Shown piece after piece: positions 12,671 through 64,000 of a stretch of 64,000 nt of DNA. This stretch comes from Amoebidium appalachense. Its lineage: Eukaryota; Protista; Ichthyosporea. The position numbers and the translations under genes are program-made. The notes under the pieces are model-generated. The model ran no database searches and was not told the origin of the DNA. It saw only the letters and a list, made by a program, of their open reading frames with translations. Within the stretch, counting starts at the first letter, position 1, and every line of letters starts with the position of its first letter. The stretch is from assembly GCA_963693365.1 (NCBI GenBank), contig CAVNZM010000002.1, forward strand, positions 16,897,615 to 16,961,614, given 5' to 3'.

Positions 12671-13234
12671 TGAATGCGGAACACGGTACGAAGTACGCAT
12701 ACACGACGAGAAGCATGGTGCAGGACACATGCAAAGGCAAACATTCAAGTATGCAACATCAGCCATGTGCACAGTATGCGTCATAAGCAGAGCCCATCCT
12801 CAGGGAGGACCCAAGTCATCAATTGCGTCTGAGTTTCGACCCCTTAGCCTGCGTATATACGACGCTCCAACTCAGACAGCAGCATCAACTGAACTTGGGC
12901 GGGTCAACCCGTCTTGATCAAAGACGAGCAGGGTTGCTTATGCAAGCAAGGTGAGCAAAACGGTGAAGATGTGTGTGCAAACTATGATGCAGTGCAGCGA
13001 AAAATGCATATGTGCTTACAGATGCACGACACAGAGCAACCATGCCCGGTTGCATGGAAGTAAAGCGGTCTCCACACAGTGGTCTGTCCTGAAAGGACAC
13101 CTCTGAAAGAAGACTGGGGGGGGGTTTGAATGCGGAACACGGTACGAAGTACGCATACACGACGAGAAGCATGGTGCAGGACACATGCAAAGGCAAACAT
13201 TCAAGTATGCAAACATCAGCCATGTGCACAGTAT

Positions 13235-13235
<1 letters not shown>
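12669..13235 (-). mobile_element. Full-length non-autonomous mini-PLE (family B): 456-bp unit preceded by a 111-bp copy of its own 3' end
   Basis: 13125-13235 repeats the start of 12669-13124 head-to-tail across a C9 junction (13116-13124). The unit's 5' and 3' parts are homologous to the 5' and 3' ends of the autonomous PLE. It has no credible ORF and is flanked by G-runs on both sides. Confidence 0.9.
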
Positions 13236-13270
<35 letters not shown>

Positions 13271-13402
13271 AGGGGGGGGGAAGGGGGAGGAGAGGAGGAG
13301 CAGCAGCAGTGAACCGAGGGTCTGACCAGATTTCAGTTCACTTTCTTACGTCTCAACTCTGACCATCTGACAGAAAATCTCTGAACTACGAAAAAATATT
13401 CG

Positions 13403-13564
13403 CTCAGCTACAAAAAAAAAAGCATCCTATCAGCTATCCGCTCAGCTACAAAAAAAAAGGGGGGGGCATCTTATCTGCTATCTGTTCAGCTACCAAAAAA
13501 AAAAAAAAAAAAAAAAAGGCATCATATCCGCCATCTGCTCAGCTACAAAATAACAGCATCCTAT
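13403..13564. repeat. Degenerate tandem repeat, 4 x (C/T)TCAGCTAC-A(n)-GCATCnTAT
   Basis: Four units of about 38-53 bp with a variable A-run. Confidence 0.8.
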
Positions 13565-14089
13565 TATCATCTCTGTACACTTTTCCATACAGGCCTTTAA
13601 AAAGAACTACCTTCAACAGACTAACGGTGATGCACTACACGAACATATCGACTCAACAATTATCAACACGAGACGATCGGTTGGGGCACTACATAGTGCA
13701 TTTCATTCTTGTCACAAACAGCTACTAGTATACCCGCCTATGAATGGCATGTGTTAATCAGTTCGACGAATATGCAACGAAACTAAATAGGATACTGGTG
13801 ATATACCAAAGCTCCAATTCATCAGCAAATCAGCAACTAAAAGGCTTCTCTTTAGAGCACAAAGAAAAAATCAACAAAAGGCCAGAAAAAACGCCACCAT
13901 TCATCAGAGTTGCATGGGTATTAAAAGTACAGTGCATATTCGGGACAGTTCGGTATTATCTTTTACAGGGAGTTTTGGGGGCTGGAGGGGGGATAACAAT
14001 CCAAAACCAATGGGGAGGGGCTGTGTGTTTCCACGTTGGCCCGTGTGTGCGTGTGCGTGTGTCTGTGTGTGTGTGTGTGTGTGTGGCAC

Positions 14090-14151
<62 letters not shown>

Positions 14152-14633
14152 TGGGTGCACATAAATCCATGGGCAAAGAGATCACCATCGATCTAGTGAA
14201 TCACACATCCATCCATCGAATCTAGCATGTCCCCCCACCCACTATCCATGCAAAACGATGCCTCCCTTTAATAAATTTTCAGTCTGCCTTACCACGTACA
14301 AAAGAGTTCAATAAAATACATCATTCCACAACAACACATTTAACTATATGCATAAAAACAAAGCACACCGTTAAATTATAATTTTCACGGCAACTTAACT
14401 GCACAAAGGTATACCTCGGCACAGCAATATAATAACATCATTCAACCTTCATCCTTATAAAAAAAAAAAAAAAAAAGGTAGAGAGGATGCAGGGGTAGCC
14501 GCTGTATCACCAATGCAAAACCGGGGAGGAGACAGGTGGAAACAGAAACCATCGTTAAACACCTTGCCTTTCTGGTCTGTTCACACACACGTCCAGTGGC
14601 ACTCTGCCGTCTCAAAAATCCACCACCAAATCC

Positions 14634-27666
<13,033 letters not shown>

Positions 27667-28804
27667 TGCTGTACAGAAGAGAGGTAGGCATGGGTAAGAG
27701 CGTGCACGTAGCTTCGTTCTTCAAGTTCCAATTTCCCGGTTTGTCTGCATCCTATCCCCACATACAACGTACCGCTAATACATGAGCTTCATCAGAAAGA
27801 GGCCAAACCGAGATCTCCCTGTTTACACAAATTTGAGAAGCCACAACCTAAAGGCACCAAAAAATAAGAATCCCGGAACCTTTTTGGGGAAATACCTTAT
27901 GTTTCCAGGCAGCGTGAGCGAGCCAAAGGTGACCCCCGCTAACCGTGCAAGTAGCAAACCCAAAATATGTTCTGCAACATGATGCACAGACTCTTTTAGC
28001 AAAGCGCTCGTGTCACTCTGTGACCATGCACATCACAATTTACTGGGAAGAATGCTCATTCATAATCGTGAAATACCCAAGGAAACCATACCGGCCGCAA
28101 ATAGGTATGCGTTACCATCCACGTTTCGGTATCCGCTCTCAAGGCCACAGATGTTTCGTTGGTTCACCCCCAAGGAGTAACTCTCTTCCGGCCGCATTAT
28201 ACCGTCCTTTTGTGCCTCTGTGCACAACAGTGCATATGGTGTATGGTATCCCTCACCACACCGGCACCGTCACCCTTGCGGCCTAGCAAGTTGCGCTCAC
28301 AGAGGCTACATTCGCCCAAATGTACCGCAATACCGAAATTCCCACTACAGCTTCCGATCAGTAAGTAACGAACCACCGATGCTTTCGGGCCTTAGAGATC
28401 TGAAACTCCCCGCGTTGTACGACAGAACCTGTCACTGAAACTAAACAGTGTTATAGAAATACAGCAGGCCTGGCTGGACAACAATCATGACTTGAACAGA
28501 GTGCTCAAACGGTCGCGACCGTGGAAAGCGTGTACAACTCATACGGAAGCGGCAATGTTGTTGTCACGCATGCAAACGTTATAATTCTAGACTCTGACAA
28601 CTAGCTTCACAGCTCGTTAAGAACCATAACTCCTAGGCACATTTCCCCTTTGCCACACAGGTGACTTCTGTAGTACGTAACGTTTGGAACTGTTCGCATA
28701 GGGCCAGATGTAGTCACCCCTGAGAGTCCCCTACCTGTACCCTGTTTGCGTACCTACGTATAAGTATGGTATGATATCGATATCATCATTCATTCTTCAT
28801 AGAC

Positions 28805-29002
28805 TTATACTCCTCGTTTGTGTACCTTGGTTGCAGCTTCGTGATGTAATCGAGGTTGCCCAAAGAGTATCGCCAGCGAGTCCCCGGCACGGAGAGGGCC
28901 GTGGTCCCCATCGACGGGTGTGGAAACACTCAGGCTGCATACATCTTTAAGTATGCACACAATAATAAACAAGAGCCAAAATGTATCTTTCGGGACTCCC
29001 AT
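28805..29002 (-). CDS. Possible first exon of a small secreted protein
   Basis: The ORF begins MGVPKDTFWLLFIIVCILKDVCSLS, which looks like a signal peptide, and there is a candidate donor AAG|GTACAC near 28824. No family recognised. Confidence 0.2.
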   Translation of the reverse strand: MGVPKDTFWLLFIIVCILKDVCSLSVSTPVDGDHGPLRAGDSLAILFGQPRLHHEAATKVHKRGV

Positions 29003-29110
29003 GTTTTACTTAGATATCAACATCCCTGATTTTATACTAAACACGCGTAACTACGACTTGTTTATTAGATGTATTGATTGGCTTGAGAAACACATTATTA
29101 AAAAATTCTA

Positions 29111-29143
<33 letters not shown>

Positions 29144-30012
29144 CCAGCTGATACCGACGGTCCCAGGGGAGCCCGAAAAAAAAAAAAAAAAAAGAAAAAA
29201 AAAAAGGGGAACCCCAACTGATTGATTTTTCTTAGTCTTTATGGTGTCTCGTAGAGAAAGTAAACCCTGATATATATATAATCATCACCCGACATCTATG
29301 TACGTGATCATGATATACCACTGAGGGGATATTCCGAGCAAAAACCCCCCATACTTGAGTCTGGTCTCTCTTTGCCTCGAGTAAACAGCGTAAACCCCCA
29401 AAACTTAGATATCTCATGGACTGAGACGTAAGTAAAACATAGCATACATGGTGACGGCCTGCACAGTATGGCACATAATATCACTGAAGAGATCACTGAA
29501 TTGTGCGGCACTCTAATCACTGGCTGTGTTTGATTGGCCCTGACACTCAGTATTTATGACAGTGACAGCTGCAGTCAGTCGATTCTTAAAAATAGTCGAG
29601 TTTTTATTTTTGTTAGTGCTGGTAACGTAGCCCTACACTAACATGACGCTTTTCGGTCACCCTGCCCGAAATATATATTCAAGAGAATCACAAGGCATGT
29701 TAGTCATAACAAAAATATATTTCTCCCGGCGGTCCAGTGCGTTTAGTCAGACTCCAGTACGGCGACCATGGCTTTTCACATGTACACCAAAAGCTTCGAA
29801 TTGAATTTCGTATTGCCAGACTCTTTCAAACAAACTAACCCCCTTCCAGTCAAAACTAAAAACATCGAAAAAAACTAAAAAATGTTTGCACTATTCGATC
29901 CGGCCAATAGCAATAAATAGATGGTAAACACCCCGGCCAATAGCAGTGTGGGCTGCTAATCAAACCCCCCCCCCCCCCCCCCCCCCCAAGCCCGTGAGCG
30001 CTTCCACAAATG

Positions 30013-30049
<37 letters not shown>

Positions 30050-30351
30050 GCCCGCCCGCGCACACACACACACACATACACACACACACACACACTGTAA
30101 CACACACAAACACACACACGACAAAGCAATCAAGATCATACACTAGCCGTGCACGTGCAGTCATACCGCGACATTGACCAAACACATACATGCCAAACCC
30201 TTCCTAACAGCCACAGTAACTGCTTTCATCCTCGAGCAAGCCACGAGACTCAGTCACTCACTACACAGGAAAGTGCGGTCGCAAGGCTTAGCAAGCAAGA
30301 TAAACAAAAAGTAAAGCATAATGAACAGACCTTCATACACAGCACATGTAT

Positions 30352-40820
<10,469 letters not shown>

Positions 40821-41863
40821 TCTCGCCGTGGAACCCCCAACTGGGAAAACACAGGTTTCAGCTACCGCTCCAACGGTGCAAGTGTCAAACACCAACGAGA
40901 GGTCTACACTACCTAACCTGCTTGTAAGAGGCTATAAAAGTGTCCAAAAAAAAAAATCCAGATCAAGAGGTTCTAGCGCATATACGACGATGTGGAAATG
41001 AATGACAAAACACTTCAGCGTCCAAAAACGAAAGAAGCTATAATTCAACTGTGAAAGGAGCCTCGAATCTTCGTAAAACTTTTTGCAAGTTGTCGCTCCA
41101 GTTGCTTGTACTGAGCAGTTCGAAGATGTTTATATACTCGTGGGCCAAGGGTGAAACTGAATTTCAAATTAGAATCTGGCCTCCTAGCGCGAGCTATAAT
41201 TAGTAGCAGACGCATGTGCCATCATGATTGATCGATGGCGCAAACACCCGGCGCGCCAAGAGATTTGCTTGGGGCTCAAACAACGAGAGTGGACGGAACC
41301 GCTTTGCAGAAAAAGCAGGCCATAATAACAGGAAAGGTTTGGAGGGATGCAAAGATCCTAGCCTAGGCATCGTTGACATCTTTTAAATTTGCTTCTACAT
41401 GTCCGGAAGTGGTGCGAACCGGAAGGGATCGGACCTCGGCTTGATTATGCACTCGAAGCGCGTCCAGGTGCGTGTCAGATCTTTACGAAATAACCAATGT
41501 TATAAGGCAACCAACAATTCCTTTACGTGAACAAACAGGAACACCTCTGTACTATATTAATAACAAGCACACACAACAGCATTTTGTGGTTGCACGCATG
41601 CGCATCTTTCCTGGAGTCGAGAACCCAGTGGCATCCTATTACGTAATAGGAGAGATCTGCACATATGCGCAAACTTTCAGTTTTTTCGATCGCTTTATCT
41701 CGCTTCCTCACCTGAAAATTTCCGTCCGATGGCATGCTGGTTGAACTTCGTGCGATCTGAATGTTGTATTATGCAAGGAAACGCCTGCGTCTCTGAACCA
41801 AGGAGGGTGAACTTCAGAAGTTACGAAACGTTCACAACGCTCCCACCACAAGTTTGGCAACAC
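40821..41863. promoter_or_regulatory. Putative divergent promoter/5' UTR region between SF3B2 and the DUF1308 gene
   Basis: Head-to-head genes separated by microsatellite-free sequence, with CCGGAAGT at 41403 and CCGGAAGG at 41419. The region may also contain 5' exons of the DUF1308 gene. Confidence 0.4.
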
Positions 41864-42751
41864 ATGAAGCTAAGAAACGATGGAAAGATGCCAGGGGAAC
41901 AGCCTGTAGTGAAACCACAAGCCCAAACTGAAAGTGTTAACCTAGACACTACTGCCCTGGTTGCTCTCTGCTCAGATCTGGTTCACGGGAGAAGTGCAGG
42001 CACGGATCCACTTCTGCTGCCCCAGGAAAAGGAGGAAAAAGAGAGTCCCTTTCTGCAATCTGCAGGAACATGGATCGGTGGAGGTTTGCTGGTGACTGAA
42101 ACGGTTCGCCGAGAGTTTGTCCACATCATTGAAAAGTTGGGTAGGTGCATTATGATGAGCCAGGTTGGACTGTGGGAGTTGTATAGTCGATTCTGGATGC
42201 TAGAAATACTAGGCTTGCGTGTTGGTGAGAGAGCGTATGTGCATGCTTTATGTCCACGAACGAGTGCACAATCACGTGCTGATTATGTATGGTTTGTGGG
42301 CATGTGCTAAACATAGCCGTGTGCTTGTCGGGGTTCTGTGTATATCACGGCATGTGTCCTCGCCTGCCCTCTTGTTCCATAGCCATGTGGTGGTGCTGAT
42401 GCTCACATACATCATCGGAGTGCAAGTGCAATAATGAAGCTAACACGTTTTTTTTACGCTATGTGCGCGCAACTGCATGGGCCTGTGTCCCCTCTGCATG
42501 GACCTGTTGCCATCTGTGTGCATGACTAGAGTGTAGCACATTCCGATCGTGTGGCTAGGTTCGAATAAAAGCGAGTGTGGTTTGTTTTAAAACTTACACA
42601 CACACAAAAACACACCACACCCACAACAAAACACGAAGATTAAAACTTACACACACAAAAACACACCACCCACAACAAAACACGAAGACAGATACCCATT
42701 TACTCTATCTCTCAATTCACACGCTCGCATCCACACGCGGGCATGCGCGCG

Positions 42752-42785
<34 letters not shown>

Positions 42786-43164
42786 GCACACAGACGCTCA
42801 ATTATGCAATATCACACTGGTACACACATTCTCTCTCTCTTTTTCTCTTTCTCCCCGTTACACTCACTCACACACGTCACTCACTCACACACGTACAAAC
42901 ACATCGACCTCCCCTCCTCCGCCCCCTTCCCCCCCCCCCCCCCCCCCTCCTCCGCCCCCCTTCCCCCCCCCCCCCTCCCCCCCCCCCCCCCCCCCCCTTC
43001 ACCTGCCCCTTAGCCCCTTTCTAATTTTCAAAATGTGTGCGGCCTCGCATTCATCATGGTGTCTCTGTGTCTCTCCCCATGCGAGTATTATGTGGGGGAG
43101 CTAATTTGCCAAAGGCAGGTTTCCTAAAGGAGAATAAATTGGAAACGTTTTTTTTTTTTTTTTT

Positions 43165-43195
<31 letters not shown>

Positions 43196-44788
43196 GGGAG
43201 CATGAGAGTCAGTGGGGGAACAACGAAGTGTGGCCTTAGGTTTACTGACACACAAAGATCCCTTTTTTTGCCTAGAAAACACTTGGTAATGAATCAGCCG
43301 ATCGATCCCAAATTAATCCAGCTCGTTGGGGTATGCATGCACCATACCAGATGAATTGACTTTTGCATTGTGTTCTGTGCAGCGGGCAACACGGAAAGGG
43401 CGAGAGCCCAGGAGCTGCTACAGAGAGTGACCATTGTTGCTGACAAGCCCTCAGACAGGGTCAGTGCTCTAAAATCCACCGCCCAGGTAGACTAAGACCC
43501 CCCCCCCCCCCCCCCCCCCACCCACCCACCCACCCACCCACCCACCCACCCTCTCCCCCCGTGGACCCCATTTGCAGGCATGTTTTCTTCTTCTGCATGT
43601 GGGGATGCATAGCTGTATGTCGTGCAAAAGAAATTGCCTTGTTGCTTAGCACAAGTCACCCTGGATCTTTGATCGATTCTCACTCCCTCCCTCCCCCCCC
43701 CCCCCCCCAAAAAAAAAAAAAAAAAAAAAAAAATTTGAAATCGTGTCTCCCCCTCCCCCCCTCCTTCCCCTCTCTCCACACTCAAACCTTCTTCCCGTCG
43801 GTCTTCACCCCCTTTCGCCTCCCCCCTCCCATTCCGCCCCCCAATATTTTGCACAAACACTAACCTTCTTTCTTACCTCCTAAGGTTTGAGGGGATGGAC
43901 CTTTTTGTTTGTTGTGTTTGCACGTCACTCGCTAATACGTTTTCTTTCCATTTGTATTATTGCTACACTCGTAGTTTGTGCAGCATCCTGACCCTCCCCC
44001 CGCCCCCCTTCACCCAACCCTCACCCCCCCACCCTCTCTTCCGCACACTCTGTGGCCTTCTCTGCATAGTTAAGGGACCTGGGGTTGTGAGATCAGCATG
44101 TCTGATGCTCCGCTTGTTTTGCCTCCGTTTCCTCGTGTGCATGTACTCCCACATGGTTGGTGGATTTGTCGATTGCTGATCCTCTCAGTGTGTCTTTCGC
44201 CCTCACGTTCGTTCTTCTTTGTGTTTGTTAATTCCTGTGGTCTCCGTTTCTTTGTTTGCCAAACCCCCTGGACACATCCCCCCCCCTCCCCCCCCCTCCC
44301 CCCCCCCCCCCCCCCCCCCGCCCCCTCCCCCTCCCCCCCCCCGACCACCACCACCACCACCACCACCACCACCACCACCACCACCGCCACTACCTTGGCG
44401 TGCAATGGTGTGTGTGTGCCTTTCAGCCCTCACCTTTCTGCCCACCCTTCATGAATTTTCCACATTTGGTCATCTGGAAAATGACACTTTTAATGCCCCC
44501 TTCCACCTCCCCCCTCCCTCCCTCCCCCCTCCCCCCCCCCCCCCCCCCTCACTCCCCCCCCTCCCCTCCCCCCCTCTCCCCCCCCGCACACACATACACA
44601 CACCACAGATTAAACCACGCCACATTGCCATATTTGGTACTGGTGATCGGTTGGGTGTGCCAACAGTGACAGCCAATCAGACGTTTGTGCGATCAGCAGC
44701 CGAACAGGGGGTGGAGCTGTGTGTGATTTTCCACCAACCACGTTCACTTTCTGAGGTTCGGGCGGATAAATCTCGTACCCAACTATGA
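41864..44788 (+). CDS. UPF0415/C7orf25-like protein (DUF1308, PIN-like); 5' end uncertain
   Basis: Exons ..-42140 (VNLDTTALVALCSDL..REFVHIIEKL), 43383-43486 (AGNTERARAQELLQRVTIVADKPSDR) and 44609-44788 (IAIFGTGDRLGVPTVTANQTFVRSAAEQGV..HQPRSLSE) join in phase. Confidence 0.88.
42590..42690. repeat. ~52-bp intronic tandem duplication
   Basis: AAAACTTACACACAC..CCCACAACAAAACACGAAGA occurs twice. Confidence 0.75.
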
Positions 44789-44966
44789 GCATTGGTGATA
44801 ATAGTTTTGTAAACTACTCACGAAGGATTTGTGGGGTTTTAAATTTAATCGAACATGCCATGTTATTGCTATTGGCACCCAGAGTTGGGGGTGTCTTCAC
44901 AAGCAATAAACGAGGAACATGTCGCCTTACAACCAATCCGATCCATTTGCAGGCATATGCAGCCAG

Positions 44967-44998
<32 letters not shown>

Positions 44999-46413
44999 TT
45001 CTCTCCTCCCCCGGCCCCCCAAAAGCAACAGCACCACCCTTCTTTTGGATATGTTCTTTCAGAAGAGACCGCTGTGCACGTGTGGAGATAAATTGTATGT
45101 GTCCATGCAAATGCACTGGACACTTAACGATGTGCATCTCAAATCACACATGCATTTTTTACTGCATGATGCATTATTTGCCCTGTTGCCTGAGTTGGGT
45201 TTCATATGTACGTACGGTAAATCGGTCGAAGGGGTTACTGTGGCCTCTTCCTGTATACAAACATACGAACCTTTGTAGTATGTTGTGTACTGTGTGTGGT
45301 CTGCACACTTACGTGTACATGTGATGTGGCGGCCATAGTCAAGGTGCCACGATGCCCGTGTTTAGATATCCGACTAGTGGGGCCAATGCGCGTGTACATG
45401 TATGTCCGAGGTACATGTCCTTGTTAATATTACTAATTAATCCTGCGGCGTGTAGGTAGATACATGCGTATGGATAACTTGTTTAGTAACCCTACACGTC
45501 TGTACTATTACTCTAGTCAACCTGAAGACTGTGTATGCATTTGTGTATGCATTATAATGTGCATGCTGTAATGACTATTAGACGAATAATATGCCATTTG
45601 AGAACTTCAAGTGAAACTTCCGCGCATGATGTATGCATCCATGGTGTGCCCGCCGGAGGACTCGGGGGAACAGACATTACAGCAACTGACCAAAAGGGCT
45701 TAGCTTGAGGGAGACGCCAGCTAGGGGGCCCGGGGGGCCAGGCCGGCCCTGAGGAGCTTGAGCTCGAGAGAGGGGGGAGGAGGCCTAGGGGGGCAGGGGG
45801 GGGGGGGGAGGAGGCAGGGGCATGCAGCTGCAGGGAGGGAGGATAGTAGTAGGTATACACGTTCAATCATGAATTACCGTATTGGCTGCTTTCGATACTA
45901 ATGCAAAAAGGGAAAAAATAATTAATAATAATAATAAAAATAAAAATAAAAATCTCTGGCCGGAAAGCCGACATGATATGCCGTGTAATTGGCAAATAGA
46001 GCCGCTGAGTAGCCTAGTAGTGTCCATGATCCGGATCCCCCGGAGAAGAGGGGGGGGGGGGGGGGGGGGGGAGGGGGGGGTGCTGCAGAGCTCGAGTACG
46101 AAGGATGCATATGTGCACATATGCTGGACGAAGGAAAAGAAGGGGCGGAGGCGGGAGGCCTGGCAATGCTAGCACCCGAAAATCAATCGCCCTAACCTCT
46201 ATCCGCACAAGTCTGGCGTGATATTTTCTGTAATTGAAATGTTTGGTCAAAGGGGGAGACCGTAACCAAGCTTAAGCTGATGTGTGTGTGTGTGTGCGTG
46301 AGTGTGAGTGTGAGACTCAGTGTGAGTGAGTGTGTGTGTGCCGATATGTGAGTTGTGAGTGTGTGTTGGAGGTGTGTGTTGAAGGAGGAGGGGAGAAGGA
46401 AGGGGGAGGGGAA

Positions 46414-46450
<37 letters not shown>

Positions 46451-46849
46451 GGGGGGGGAGGGGGGGGGGAGGGTTCAAGGTGACAGCCAAAATCTCAGGC
46501 TGAGTTCATACTCTGTCAAGGACATTCATTTTTTCCCATTACGAAAGCAACACTACATGCATTCTGAAAACCAACATTTGTACACTGTCAAATCATCACC
46601 AACATGCTTTCACCAATCAGAACTTCCGCCATATAAACTTCCTTAAAAAAAAAAAATAATAACAACCATCGAGACACTGGAAAAGGAAACCACCACTAAA
46701 CAATCACAGTCTGTTCCAGAGCACCTTCGTGATATGGCTGCCTGCAGGACTCAAGCCACTCTCTAAGACCGGAGGTTGCAAAGAACACTAAGTTGATTTT
46801 AAAAAAAAATCAGGGTCACACATGCATGACACCCCCGGGGGGAGGGGGA

Positions 46850-46891
<42 letters not shown>

Positions 46892-47122
46892 AGGTATGGC
46901 CTTGCCTTCTTCCTCTTAAAAAGGGTTGCTCGGGCGTAGGTGTGCCCTCGAGAACACACAGATTCATACGTACACTATGGGTTGGTCTAGGTTACCAAGT
47001 ATCCTACATCTGATTCATATATACATGTAGTATGTGCCTTGTGTGTGCATGTGAACACACACGTGCAAAAACATCGGAGCAAAGCTATATGCCCGTGCAT
47101 GGACGTGTATATAACACGGCAG

Positions 47123-55434
<8,312 letters not shown>

Positions 55435-56014
55435 TTTCAAATTTAAAAGTGTAAAATTACTCAACGAGTGTTGGTTTGGTGAAGTAAACGTACCAGGTTT
55501 ATCAGACCAAAAGATCAATGATGTGTCTTTGTGGTTTTGATGTTGGTAATCCTCGAGGTAAAAACGAGAGCCTGAGACGTGGAGAATAAAAAGCGCTTGG
55601 TGAGAGGTCTAACTGGAAAGGTACCCTGCGAAGCAAACACAGGGGCAAGATAGTGAGATGTGTAGCTGAAAATAAAGTGTGGTTCTGCACTTGAAATATT
55701 ACGAGATGTTCTGAAAGAAAAATCTTGATAAGTTCGAGAAAGTAGGGCTTTACGTTTGTGTGCAAAGCTCACGTGTGGAATAATTCGTGTCCGTCAGGCA
55801 AGGTTCATGCGATGATGTCATCATCGATGGCCGCGATCCTAAAAGATTATTTAACATGCATGATTTTATAATGGTGGTACGCCAGGATTTACAGGTGTGT
55901 CCTACTTAAATGCCATTATACTGCAAATATATGATTTCAAATTATGTTGTGAGTGATTTAGGCTAACCTCGTATGCATTTTTGGTGCGCGCAGTGAACGA
56001 GTCGCTGCCTCCGG

Positions 56015-56068
<54 letters not shown>

Positions 56069-56389
56069 AGATGAGAGAGAGAGAGAAGGAGGGAGCGAGC
56101 GAGCGAGAGAGTGTGTCCATTAGTTCTTGACTAGGAGTATGGAAGGCAGAGGAGAGCACTTGCACTCCGAGAGTGTAATTAAAACAAGGAACAAGTTGAG
56201 AACTCCGTGGCGGGTTGGTGAAAACAGAGTACATAGGCAGGAGAAATAGGGGTAGCAGTTGCGAGGTTCCCCGCCTTCGCTGTGTTGTGTGTGCTCACAT
56301 CCGCTTTGCACACACATGGACCAATCGGTATAATTTTTGACACCAGCCACACTGTGCCCCTTTAAACCATCTTTTGTTACGCAATCAAC
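55435..56389. promoter_or_regulatory. Putative divergent promoter region between NARFL and TAF7
   Basis: Head-to-head start codons ~950 bp apart, with an AT-richer core and a (GA)n tract at ~56018-56086. Confidence 0.45.

Positions 56390-64000
<7,611 letters not shown>

Noticed and set aside
29855-29990. Possible third element end (..GCTAATCAAA plus C-run, CCGGCCAATAGCA twice)
   Set aside because: Only a 5-nt resemblance to the PLE end, and no second copy in the window.

Overview
Eukaryotic nuclear DNA with short exons and introns packed with (CA)n/(GT)n, poly-C/G and poly-A/T runs. The protein sequences suggest an opisthokont, possibly a unicellular holozoan or fungal relative (inference only). 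Host genes: 3' part of a BET bromodomain gene (+), an unidentified spliced gene (+), an Ert1/AcuK/Rds2-like PAS-domain gene (-), SF3B2 (-), a C7orf25/DUF1308 gene (+), NARFL/CIAO3/Nar1 (-) and the 5' part of TAF7 (+). The main find is a young, apparently intact Penelope-like retrotransposon (PLE) of the Chlamys type (N-terminal GIY-YIG without CCHH, CxC linker, RT) at 21005-26764. It has three 5'-truncated copies and a diverged 456-nt non-coding partner element present in three copies. All seven genomic 3' ends, and both internal junctions, read ...GCATTCAAA followed by a C-run. The two families share two RNA modules whose stems covary, one of them pseudoknot-like, and neither is a canonical hammerhead. 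Most of the supplied ORF track is translated microsatellite. Exon boundaries and RNA stems were read by eye.
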